A stretch of DNA of 64,000 nucleotides. It comes from Sedimenticolaceae bacterium (lineage in GTDB: Bacteria > Pseudomonadota > Gammaproteobacteria > Chromatiales > Chromatiaceae). Numbering within the stretch: the stretch's first letter is position 1; each line of letters opens with the position of its first letter. Both the position numbers and the translations under genes were made by a program. Shown here piece after piece: positions 9,251-17,825 of this stretch. Below the pieces are notes generated by a model. That model saw nothing but the letters and a program-made list of their open reading frames with translations. It had not been told where the DNA came from and searched no databases. Location: assembly GCA_049669185.1 (NCBI GenBank), contig JBATKF010000505.1, forward strand, positions 6,547-70,546, in the 5' to 3' direction.

Positions 9251-12151
9251 TTACTTGCCGCGGGTCTTGAACCTGCCCGCAAAATACGCCTGCCATTTGC
9301 CCCGCTTGGCGTCCTGTCCGGGCGCGCGGCGCTGCGCCTGAAACTGCGGAGAGGTCGCGCGCGGTTCGCTGTCATCGGCCTTATAGACCTTCACCCGCAC
9401 GTCGAACCACGCCGCCTGCCCGGTGACGGGATCCGAATTGGAGAGCTCGGATCCCGCCTCACCGGCGGGCAGTTCCTCTGCGATGATGTGGTTGAGCAGG
9501 AAACCCTTTTGCGCCTCATTGGCCCTGGGCTCAAGCCCCCAGGCGCCCGCCGCCTTGCCGATGGCGTTCCAGGTCCAAACCGTGCCCGGTTCGACCGATT
9601 CGGAAAAACGCGCCATACAGCGGACCTTGCCGTGCGGTGACTCGACCCAGACCCAGTCGCCGTCGTTAAAGCCCTGTGCGGCACCCAAGCGGGGACTGAC
9701 GAACAGATAATTGTGGGTGTGGATCTGGCGCAGCCAGGCGTTTTGGCTGTCCCAGGAGTGATACATGGCCATCGGCCGCTGGGTGAGCGCATTCAGCGGA
9801 TACTCATGGGTATCGACCAACGCCGACTCCAGCGTCTCGTGATAGAACGGCAGCGGATCGAAGTAAGTCTCGACCCGCTTGGCCAGGCGCTGGGGCGGCT
9901 GTTTTCCGGGCCGCCTGCCCTGCGCCGCGAGGCGGAATTTCTGCAGTACCTCGGAGTAGATATGGACGTTGATGGGCTCTGCATAGCGCGTCATGCCATG
10001 CGCGCGGGCCCATTCGAGATAGCCCTTGTTCCAGTTGCGCATGTACTGATAAGACTTCGGCAGCTCGTAGTGGAACACACAGTTGTTGTTGGCATACATC
10101 TCCCACTGGCGCGGGTTCGGCTCGCCCTTGAGAAACTTCTCGCCACCCTTGCCCCGCCAGCCCGACAGGAAGCCGATACCGGAGCCCGGCGAGGTCTCGT
10201 AATTGATAATGAAATCGGGATAGTCGCGAAACTTGCGCGCCCCCGCATCATCGACGAAGGCCGGCAGCTTCAGCCGCGTGCCCAGCTCGATCAGGACCTC
10301 TTGAAACGGCTTGCAATCCCCCTTCGGAGACACCACCGGGATGCGCACCGAATCCATCGGGCCGTCGAATTCGGAGATCGGCCGGTCGAGCATCGACAGC
10401 GCATCGTGGCGCTCCAGATAGGTGGTGTCGGGCAGCACCAGATCTGCGAATGCGACGGTCTCCGACTGGAACGCATCGCAGACGACAATGAACGGGATCT
10501 TGTATTCGCCCGCCTCTTCCTTGTCCACCAGCATCTCGCGCACCTTGGCGGTGTTCATCGACGAGTTCCAGGCCATGTTCGCCATGAACAGCATCAGGGT
10601 GTCGATCTTGTAGGGATCGCCACGCCAGGCGTTAGTGATGACGTTGTGCATCAGGCCGTGTACCGAGAGCGGGTATTCCCAGGAGAACGCCTTGTCGATG
10701 CGCACCGGCTCGCCCTGTTCGTCGACGAACAGGTCATTCGGATCGGCCGGCCAGCCCAGCGGCATGCCCTCCAGTGGGGTATCCGGCTGCACGGCCTGCG
10801 GCCCCTTCGGCGGCTTCGGGCAGGGCGGGATCGGCCGCGGGAAGGGCGCCTTGTGGCGAAACCCACCGGGACGGTCGATGGTACCGAGCAGGGTCATCAA
10901 TACACCCAGTGCGCGGATGGTCTGAAAGCCGTTGGAGTGTGCAGCCAGGCCGCGCATTGAATGAAAAGCGACCGGGTTGCCGATCACCGAGTCGTGTTCG
11001 CGCCCCCAGACGTCGGTCCACTGGATCGGCAGTTCGATCTTCTGGTCACGCGCGGTGACGCCCATTTCATGTGCAAGGCGTTGAATGGTGTCGACTGGGA
11101 TACCGGTGATGCCCGCCGCCCACTCGGGCGTATACTCCGCGACCCGTTCCTTGAGCATCTGCAACGCGGTCTTGACCGGCTTGCCGTCGACCTCGTAGCT
11201 GCCCAGCAGATAAGGATCACAGCCGCCGCAGCGCACGTCGACCGGGCCGTTGGTATTGCGGTCCCACCAAACTTTGTTCTGAGGGTCGAAACAACCCTCT
11301 TCGACCGGCCTGTCGGTGCGCAGAAACATACCGTAGTCGTTCGACGCAGTATCCAGGTTCACCAGTTCAGCGGCGTTGGTGTAATCGACCAGGAAGTCGC
11401 GATCGTACAGGCCCTGTTTGATGATCTCGTGGGTGATCGCCAGCAGCAGCGCGCCATCGGTCCCGGGCTTGATGGGTACCCATTCGTCCGCGATCGCCGA
11501 ATACCCGGTGCGCACTGGATTGATGGAGATGAAGCGGCCGCCACGGCGCTTGAACTTGGCGATTGCGATCTTCAGCGGGTTGGAGTGATGATCTTCGGCA
11601 GTGCCGATCATCACGAACAGCTTGGCGCGATCCAGATCGGGTCCACCGAACTCCCAGAAGGATCCGCCGATGGTGTAGATCAACCCAGCCGCCATATTCA
11701 CGGAGCAGAAGCCACCGTGTGCAGCGTAGTTCGGTGTGCCGAACTGCTTCGCGAACATCCCGGTCAGCGCCTGCATCTGGTCGCGGCCGGTGAACAGCGC
11801 AAATTTCTTGGGATCTTCGGCACGCAGCTTGGTCAGGCGTTGCTGCAGGATCTCGAAAACCTCCTCCCAGGTGATCTCCTCGAAGTCTGAGTCGCCGCGT
11901 GCGCCACCGCTGCGACGTCGCAGCGGCTTGGTCAGCCGCGCGGGCGAATATTGCTTCATGATCCCCGAGGCGCCCTTGGCGCAGATCACGCCCTTATTCA
12001 GGGGGTGGTCGGGGTTCCCCTCTATATGACGAATCTCGCCGTCGCGCAGGGTGACGCGGATCCCGCAGCGGCAGGCGCACATATAGCAGGTCGTGTTCTT
12101 GACCTCCTTGCGGCCTGTCTCGGCGTCATTGGCAAGTAGGGGGTCCAACAT
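9251..12151 (-). CDS. soeA: Molybdopterin oxidoreductase catalytic subunit with no Tat signal (SoeA-like sulfite:quinone oxidoreductase)
   Basis: 966 aa. The N-terminal FeS motif is CYMCACRCGI...C. There is no twin-arginine leader (MLDPLLANDAETGRKEVKNTTC...), which implies the complex faces the cytoplasm. The size matches the roughly 109-kDa SoeA. Confidence 0.75.
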   Translation of the reverse strand: MLDPLLANDAETGRKEVKNTTCYMCACRCGIRVTLRDGEIRHIEGNPDHPLNKGVICAKGASGIMKQYSPARLTKPLRRRSGGARGDSDFEEITWEEVFEILQQRLTKLRAEDPKKFALFTGRDQMQALTGMFAKQFGTPNYAAHGGFCSVNMAAGLIYTIGGSFWEFGGPDLDRAKLFVMIGTAEDHHSNPLKIAIAKFKRRGGRFISINPVRTGYSAIADEWVPIKPGTDGALLLAITHEIIKQGLYDRDFLVDYTNAAELVNLDTASNDYGMFLRTDRPVEEGCFDPQNKVWWDRNTNGPVDVRCGGCDPYLLGSYEVDGKPVKTALQMLKERVAEYTPEWAAGITGIPVDTIQRLAHEMGVTARDQKIELPIQWTDVWGREHDSVIGNPVAFHSMRGLAAHSNGFQTIRALGVLMTLLGTIDRPGGFRHKAPFPRPIPPCPKPPKGPQAVQPDTPLEGMPLGWPADPNDLFVDEQGEPVRIDKAFSWEYPLSVHGLMHNVITNAWRGDPYKIDTLMLFMANMAWNSSMNTAKVREMLVDKEEAGEYKIPFIVVCDAFQSETVAFADLVLPDTTYLERHDALSMLDRPISEFDGPMDSVRIPVVSPKGDCKPFQEVLIELGTRLKLPAFVDDAGARKFRDYPDFIINYETSPGSGIGFLSGWRGKGGEKFLKGEPNPRQWEMYANNNCVFHYELPKSYQYMRNWNKGYLEWARAHGMTRYAEPINVHIYSEVLQKFRLAAQGRRPGKQPPQRLAKRVETYFDPLPFYHETLESALVDTHEYPLNALTQRPMAMYHSWDSQNAWLRQIHTHNYLFVSPRLGAAQGFNDGDWVWVESPHGKVRCMARFSESVEPGTVWTWNAIGKAAGAWGLEPRANEAQKGFLLNHIIAEELPAGEAGSELSNSDPVTGQAAWFDVRVKVYKADDSEPRATSPQFQAQRRAPGQDAKRGKWQAYFAGRFKTRGK

Positions 12152-12389
12152 GGCTTAGGCCTTCGCGCGAGCGCGTCGAGTCTACAAATCTGAAAACGCT
12201 AATACACTAATCTTAGCGCGGGTCGATAGCAATTTACCGGCGGCCCGTTAAGGACAGCTTGGTAGCCACTCACTAAACCGACAAGGCCGCGAGGCGGGAA
12301 ACATCAGGAGATCGGTGGGCTTGCAGTAGGCAGCTAAACAGTTGTCTGCGCAGAAAGCCAGCGGCGCGCTGGTCGCGTGTTCAGTACGT

Positions 12390-12827
12390 TCAGTATTGGA
12401 GTTGGCGGACGATCTCGTAGCCGTGCTGATCGGGCTTCCAGCCCCAGAAGTAGGCCTGCAGATCGCGCACCGCATCGAACTCGGCATTCCGGTAGGAACT
12501 GCTGCTGAAGCCGCAGCCCATCGCCGAGCGGTCACGACCACGTATGTCCTTGAATTCGCTGCGGATCACGACGACATAGGCGTGCGGGAGATCGGTGAGA
12601 TTCTGCGCACGCATCACGTCGAGATGCTTTTTATAGTCACCATAACCCTTCACGCGCAATTCAGCCTCGGCCCTCTCCTGGGCCTCCGCTGGGTGTGCTG
12701 TGCCGAACACAAGCGCGTAATCGAGCGTCTTTCCCTCGAACTTGGCCATCACGCAGGCCGCGCCGCCGGCGTGCGCGGCGCTGCCGAGCACGGCGAGGAG
12801 GAACAGCAGCAGGGCTATGAGACGCAT
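12390..12827 (-). CDS. Hypothetical exported protein
   Basis: 145 aa with a clear signal peptide (MRLIALLLFLLAVLGSAAHA). I recognise no family. Confidence 0.65.
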   Translation of the reverse strand: MRLIALLLFLLAVLGSAAHAGGAACVMAKFEGKTLDYALVFGTAHPAEAQERAEAELRVKGYGDYKKHLDVMRAQNLTDLPHAYVVVIRSEFKDIRGRDRSAMGCGFSSSSYRNAEFDAVRDLQAYFWGWKPDQHGYEIVRQLQY

Positions 12828-13112
12828 GGGATCCGTAGCTATGGCAGCACTTACCCCTGAGAAGCGTCACGGGTGGTCGTTCCTTTAGTCGGCTAGAGAC
12901 GGGTAATCGGGACACTAGCCTGGAAATCTCACCGATTCCCTGCGGCGGCCTTGCGGGCGAATCTGGACGAAGAAGAGCTATCTGTCTAGGTTTTGACGAT
13001 GCCTGAACAGGAAATTCCGCGAGATATGCCCCATTTATCTTAAGGTTGCAGAACTATTGTCGCGATTATGCGGACAGAGCAGACGATACTTTCGCAAAAG
13101 GAGACTCCGCAA

Positions 13113-13676
13113 ATGACCGACCGAAAATCCAAAAACCTGACTTCCCTTACGGCGGTACTTGGACTGGCGATGGCGCTCGGTCCGTTGACAGCGCTGACGA
13201 TGGGCGATCGCTTCGCCGACAAAGACACGACAGTCGTTCCGATGGCTGCCAACGACTCGGCCCGCGGCGCCCCCTACGCCGGGACCGACAAGAGCGTGAT
13301 GGACATCGTTCAGGGCGCCGGCACTTATGAGGCCTTCGAGGCCGCGCTGACGGCTGCTGACCTGGAGAGTCTGCTGGGCGGTGAAGGGCCCTACACGGTC
13401 TTTCTGCCAACCAACGAGGCGTTCGAACGCCTGAGTGCCTCACAGTCGAAACGGCTCGAGACCGATCCCGACGGCCTGCGTGATCTACTGGAGGCGCACA
13501 TCGTGCCCGGGCGCCTGTCGATCACCGACCTGATGGGCGAAGGGGAACTGCGCGCGCTGAACGGAAACCAAATTGCTCTGGGTGGGCAGCGCGGGCTCAA
13601 GGCGAATCACGCCGACGTGATCGTGACCGAAGTCGCCGACAACGGCGTCGTGCACGTGATCGACGCCGTTCTTTGA
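13113..13676 (+). CDS. Fasciclin (FAS1) domain protein, exported
   Basis: FAS1 motifs are present: YTVFLPTNEAFERL and NGVVHVIDAVL. The start was moved to ATG 13113 because it is preceded by AAAGGAG at about 9-nt spacing (ORF-track start 13068). Confidence 0.85.
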   Translation: MTDRKSKNLTSLTAVLGLAMALGPLTALTMGDRFADKDTTVVPMAANDSARGAPYAGTDKSVMDIVQGAGTYEAFEAALTAADLESLLGGEGPYTVFLPTNEAFERLSASQSKRLETDPDGLRDLLEAHIVPGRLSITDLMGEGELRALNGNQIALGGQRGLKANHADVIVTEVADNGVVHVIDAVL

Positions 13677-13716
13677 GTCGCGGCCGCTGTTCGTCGCCAG
13701 AGGTTGCGGGATCGGG

Positions 13717-13750
13717 GTCGGCCGGCATCGCCCTGCGGCATGCGGCCGAC
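13717..13750. terminator. Hairpin between convergent genes
   Basis: 8-bp GC stem GTCGGCCG / CGGCCGAC with an 18-nt loop, between the fasciclin gene and the 431-aa gene. No U-tract on either strand. Confidence 0.3.
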
Positions 13751-13757
13751 GCCGATC

Positions 13758-15053
13758 TCACTCCAAGGTTATCTCCACGCTCGCGCCCGAACTGATCCGG
13801 GCGAGGCCGACGTCCAGTTCGTTCAGCAGCGTATTGAACACCGCGCTGGCTATGCGTGAGACACTGAGCGAAGCCTGCGTCCCGAAGCCTGGAATCTCAA
13901 GGCCGGGCGGCCGTTCTACATCGGGGATGAGGAAATCACTGCTGCCTTGATCGATGATGTTTTTCATCCGCGAGATGAGACTGCCCGGGATAATTCCGGC
14001 GCCGTCATCGGCAAAACGGCAGTCGATGACCACCGATGCCGATGACGTGGCTGCGCTGAGGTTGGCGATGACTTCACCGGTGCCAGTACCGCCCACCCAC
14101 TTCAGAACCAGCGGGTTGGATGCATCGTGAGTACTGGATCCAGAGACAGCGGGCTGAACGAGAGTCAACGCCGGGGGTGCCGCGACCGACACCCGAAACC
14201 CGCTCAACTGGCTTCCACCGTCTCCTTCGAAGGCGTAGGTTTCACCACCGCGATACACGCTGGGAGCCAAGTCAGGCGCGGAGTAGACGACATATCCGGA
14301 ACTGGCGGCGCTGCCGTCCTTGGGGAGCACCACGGAACTGCCGGGCGACATTAGATGTAATGCGTTCCCGGCATCGAGCGTCAACACATCCAACTCCGGG
14401 ATCGCGCTGAGATCGATGGGGATCTCGTTGAGCACGCATTCATTGATGTTGGGGACCGTCCCGAGATAAGAACCCACCAGATCCTCGAGATTCCCAGAGA
14501 CATCGAGGAACACGCCGTCAGCCATAACATCGATACCCGCGAAGCTCTGCTGCCGTTCGAAGTTTAAGGCGCCGTACCTAGTCCCATTGCCGCCCGATGC
14601 CTCATCGACAACACTGAAAGGAACGACTTTGACATCGATGAACTTCAGCGTCCCTGGCTCAGTGAGCGCCACGGCGGCATTCCAGGTGCCGGGGGTGAGG
14701 CCACCTGGCACCTGCGCGGCATCGAAGACGAAGGTCGCGGGAAAAGTGAAACCCGCCGGTAGCGTCAGGTTGCTGAACCAAGGCTGGAGCCTGGTATTCC
14801 AATCCGGAAACTCGTAGATCTTGCCGCTGGGGGCAATCAGGCCAACATGCACATCGACATCCTTTCGCTCCGAGCTGAAGCCCGAGACCGAAATTGGCTG
14901 GCTAACCCCACTGGCATAGGGTAAAAAATATTCCCCGACGAATACGCCGATCTTTGTGGCTGCGCTGGCTGACGAAGCCGAGACCCCCGCAGCAATCACG
15001 ATGGCAAACAAACGACGTGCCAGGAAGCGAATTCCGGTGCATGGTGTTCTCAT
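13758..15053 (-). CDS. Hypothetical exported protein (431 aa)
   Basis: Signal peptide with an ASA-A cleavage-like site (AAGVSASSASAATK). The body is Ser/Gly/Val-rich and looks beta-rich. It has visibly more A/T-ending codons than its neighbours. No family recognised. Confidence 0.72.
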   Translation of the reverse strand: MRTPCTGIRFLARRLFAIVIAAGVSASSASAATKIGVFVGEYFLPYASGVSQPISVSGFSSERKDVDVHVGLIAPSGKIYEFPDWNTRLQPWFSNLTLPAGFTFPATFVFDAAQVPGGLTPGTWNAAVALTEPGTLKFIDVKVVPFSVVDEASGGNGTRYGALNFERQQSFAGIDVMADGVFLDVSGNLEDLVGSYLGTVPNINECVLNEIPIDLSAIPELDVLTLDAGNALHLMSPGSSVVLPKDGSAASSGYVVYSAPDLAPSVYRGGETYAFEGDGGSQLSGFRVSVAAPPALTLVQPAVSGSSTHDASNPLVLKWVGGTGTGEVIANLSAATSSASVVIDCRFADDGAGIIPGSLISRMKNIIDQGSSDFLIPDVERPPGLEIPGFGTQASLSVSRIASAVFNTLLNELDVGLARISSGASVEITLE

Positions 15054-15145
15054 ATGAATGGCTCCTGTTTTGCTAGACGTCTACCGACACAAGGTAACTG
15101 AATCGGCCCCGAGTTGTCATGCGATGGGCAGCCCTGCGCTACCCG

Positions 15146-15183
15146 CGGCGGATAGGCCTTTAAAGCCTATCCGCCGGGTTTTT
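15146..15183 (+). terminator. Strong intrinsic-terminator structure on the + strand with no + strand gene upstream
   Basis: Perfect 12-bp stem CGGCGGATAGGC / GCCTATCCGCCG with a 7-nt loop, then GGG and TTTTT. It lies 57 nt upstream of the GDPD start codon. Confidence 0.75.
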
Positions 15184-15239
15184 CAGAGACCGCGCCATAG
15201 GGATTTCTGGATACACATCGCCCATGTGCGAGGACTTTT

Positions 15240-15998
15240 GTGGAAAGCCGGCTGATCGCTCACCGTGGCGAACCCGCACACTGGCCAGAGAACTCGTTGA
15301 AGGGGTTCCGCGCCGTGCTCGCGGCGGGGGCTTGTTATGTCGAGACGGACGTACAGATCACGGCCGACGGCGTCGCGGTGTTAAGTCACGATGACTCATT
15401 GCTGAAGATGACAGGCCATGACATGGCCATCACCAAGACGACGTTGGCGGACATCCTCGAGTTACCAAGCGGTTGCCCCGAGCGCTACGGCAACCGCTTT
15501 GCCGACGAACGGATCGCCACCCTCGGCGAACTCGCCGCGCTACTCGCTCAGTGGCCGAAGGCACGCGCGTTCATTGAGCTGAAATCCGACGGCATCATGG
15601 CGTTCGGTGTGAGGCCCGCGGTCGATCTCATGCTGGACGCAAGCGCCGGGGCGAGCGCGCAATGCATTCCCATTTCATTCGAGTATCCGGCGCTGCAATA
15701 CCTCCGCACCCGGACTGAACTGTCGATCGGCTGGGTACTGCCCGCGTGGAACCGGGCCAACCACCGGCTCGCCGATGCGCTTGCACCGGAATACCTGTTC
15801 GTGAACCGCAGACACCTTCCCCGACCGAGCGAACCGCTCTGGTCGGGTCCCTGGCGCTGGGTGGCATACACGGCGAATCAAACCACCGACATTCGCCGCC
15901 TTCTGACGCGCGGCTTCGACATGATCGAGACCGACGATTTCCGCCGGGTGGTGCGCGAGCTACAGGCTAACCCCCACCGCGGTGGAAGCCACGATTGA
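15240..15998 (+). CDS. Glycerophosphodiester phosphodiesterase (GDPD) family protein
   Basis: 252 aa with a GTG start. LIAHRGEPAHWPENSLKGF....ETDVQITADGVAVLSHD is the GDPD catalytic signature (HR...E.D...H). Confidence 0.85.
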   Translation: MESRLIAHRGEPAHWPENSLKGFRAVLAAGACYVETDVQITADGVAVLSHDDSLLKMTGHDMAITKTTLADILELPSGCPERYGNRFADERIATLGELAALLAQWPKARAFIELKSDGIMAFGVRPAVDLMLDASAGASAQCIPISFEYPALQYLRTRTELSIGWVLPAWNRANHRLADALAPEYLFVNRRHLPRPSEPLWSGPWRWVAYTANQTTDIRRLLTRGFDMIETDDFRRVVRELQANPHRGGSHD

Positions 15999-16272
15999 AG
16001 CGGTGCAGAAACTCGCCAACGCGTTCCGAATGCGTATTGCCCAGGTCGATAGTGACCGCGAGCACAGGAAGGCTCAGGGCGCCGATCGCGCGATCCGCCC
16101 GCGGTTCGATATGGATCTCAGTCACCAGCGATCCATCGGCCGCGATGACCCGCCAGTGATGCGGTCCGCCGCTGACCCGCCAGTCGCGCATCGCCGCTGG
16201 CAGCACGGCGTTGAACTCTTCGACGCTGTAACCCATCTCGCGGAAAACTATCCCGCCCTGGCGATCGCTCAC
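15967..16272 (-). CDS. Small conserved-looking protein, last gene of the AOR operon (function unknown)
   Basis: The GTG start overlaps the TGA stop of the MoaD-like gene (GTGA at 16269-16272); an alternative ATG is at 16236. GC3 is high. The protein ends ...FHRGGG. The longer 272-aa ORF-track frame upstream is Arg/Pro/Gly junk. Confidence 0.55.
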   Translation of the reverse strand: MSDRQGGIVFREMGYSVEEFNAVLPAAMRDWRVSGGPHHWRVIAADGSLVTEIHIEPRADRAIGALSLPVLAVTIDLGNTHSERVGEFLHRFNRGFHRGGG

Positions 16273-16520
16273 CCGCCGGCCACCGGCGGCCAGACCGCAA
16301 TGACATCGCCGTCCTCCAGCGCGGTCTGCGCGCGCTGCGCCCGATCTAGGAAGACGCCATTGCGCAACACCAGGTGCGCGTGCTCCACGGGCACCCGGTA
16401 GCGATTCAGCAGCTGGATCGCCGTCGTCCCGGCCGGCACCTCGGCCCGCACCCGGTGCCGCTCGGCCTCGGGCGGCAGGTGCTTCATCAGCGAGGCATAC
16501 AACTCCAGCTGAACCCGCAT
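16269..16520 (-). CDS. MoaD/ThiS-family sulfur-carrier-like protein (AorD-like)
   Basis: 83 aa with a beta-grasp-like pattern ending in the diagnostic ...VWPPVAGG C-terminal Gly-Gly. Confidence 0.85.
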   Translation of the reverse strand: MRVQLELYASLMKHLPPEAERHRVRAEVPAGTTAIQLLNRYRVPVEHAHLVLRNGVFLDRAQRAQTALEDGDVIAVWPPVAGG

Positions 16521-16526
16521 GCGGTT

Positions 16527-17756
16527 TCAGATGACCTGGGTCGTCGACAGATAGGCCTCGACCAGTCGGGTCGGGTCGCGCATCAGGCGTTGCTTCCAGA
16601 TACCCAGCGGCGTGCGGCGCTGGATCAGGCCACGCAACACGCCGACGTGCTGGTAGAGCCCGACTGCATTCGCGCCGATCAGGCGGTCTTCCTGGAACTG
16701 CAGTGACAGGTAGCGATAGTCGTCCGGCGCATAGAGTTCGGCCTGGTCGCCGCCGTCCACGCCCTCCCAGCGACCGAACGAGCACGAAAGCAGACCCAGG
16801 GTATCGAGGACGTTCATATTCACCGAGCCCTCGTATTGCGCATTCCGTCCGCTCATGTTGACCGCCGCCAGATGGCCGTGGTCGGACGCGGTCGGCTGGA
16901 TCGCGTGCACGGCATAGTCACCGGTACAGAAGTCGAGACCCTGGGCGACGTCGCCCGCGGCATAGATGTCCTCGACGCTGGTGCGAAAATGGCGGTCGAT
17001 CAGCACGCCCTGGTCGATTCTCACTCCGCTGCCGTCGAGGAAGGCCACGTTGGGTCGCACACCGGTCGCGGTGATGACCAGATCGGCCGGGACCAGGCTG
17101 CCGTCGCCCAGCCGCACGCCCTCAGTATCGATGGCCTCGACCGCGACCCCGGTGTGCACGCTGACACCCTTGGACTCGCACCAGCGCTGCAACAGACCGC
17201 CGGCCTCGGGCCCCATCATCCGCGGCACCATGCGCTGCCCCTGTTCGACGACGGTTAGCGCCACTCCCCGCTGCGCCAGCGCTTCGAGGATGATGCTGCC
17301 GATGAAGCCGGCGCCGATCAGCGCCACTCGGCTGCCGGAGGCGGCGAGTGACTGGATCGCGCGCGCGTCGGCCAGCGTCCAGCAGCTCGACACATTTTCG
17401 CCGTCGATACCGGGTATCGGCGGCCGCGCCGGGCGCGAGCCGCTGGCGATCAGCAGCCTGTCGTAGCCCAGTTTCTCGCCGTCCTCCAGGACCACCTGGT
17501 GCGCCGCCGGGTCGACGCGCGCCACCCGCCCCTGGGAGACATCGATCCTGTGCGCGGCGAAGTGATCCGCTGCGTCGCGCAGGTGGGTACCCTGCTCGTC
17601 GATGTTGCCCATCAACAGGTAGGGGATCGCCATGCGCGAATAGGGCGCCTCCGGTTCGTCGCCGACGATCCGGATGGCGGCATGGTCATCCAGTTTGCGC
17701 AGCTGCTCGGCCGCGTTCACCCCGGCCGGGCCTGCACCGACGATCAGGTACCGCAT
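16527..17756 (-). CDS. FAD/NAD(P)-dependent pyridine nucleotide-disulfide oxidoreductase (AorC-like)
   Basis: The start was moved to MRYLIVGAGPAGVNAA (first dinucleotide fold). A second fold is at VALIGAGFIGSI and an AAGD motif lies near the C-terminal third. Confidence 0.85.
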   Translation of the reverse strand: MRYLIVGAGPAGVNAAEQLRKLDDHAAIRIVGDEPEAPYSRMAIPYLLMGNIDEQGTHLRDAADHFAAHRIDVSQGRVARVDPAAHQVVLEDGEKLGYDRLLIASGSRPARPPIPGIDGENVSSCWTLADARAIQSLAASGSRVALIGAGFIGSIILEALAQRGVALTVVEQGQRMVPRMMGPEAGGLLQRWCESKGVSVHTGVAVEAIDTEGVRLGDGSLVPADLVITATGVRPNVAFLDGSGVRIDQGVLIDRHFRTSVEDIYAAGDVAQGLDFCTGDYAVHAIQPTASDHGHLAAVNMSGRNAQYEGSVNMNVLDTLGLLSCSFGRWEGVDGGDQAELYAPDDYRYLSLQFQEDRLIGANAVGLYQHVGVLRGLIQRRTPLGIWKQRLMRDPTRLVEAYLSTTQVI

Positions 17757-17825
17757 GGCTAAATCTCCGCGAAGGGAAAAAGACCGCCGCGCCCGACAAA
17801 GGCGCAGCGGCACACTGCCGATAGC

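Noticed and set aside
9713-11890. Two long + strand ORFs (415 and 309 aa) opposite the soeA-like gene
   Set aside because: They are antisense shadows of a well-supported 966-aa molybdoenzyme gene, with low-complexity Arg/Leu/Gly composition.
15150-15158. Recurring GATAGGCC / GCGGCGG(G)ATAGGCC strings (15145-15158, 20725-20739, 62385-62392)
   Set aside because: The 8-mer is expected to occur about twice by chance in 128 kb of two-strand sequence. The longer match needs a gap and the contexts differ.
15058-15255. 65-codon + strand ORF as a leader peptide or small protein upstream of the GDPD gene
   Set aside because: It reads straight through the terminator hairpin, has no RBS, and its composition is Arg/Pro/His-rich like other shadow frames.
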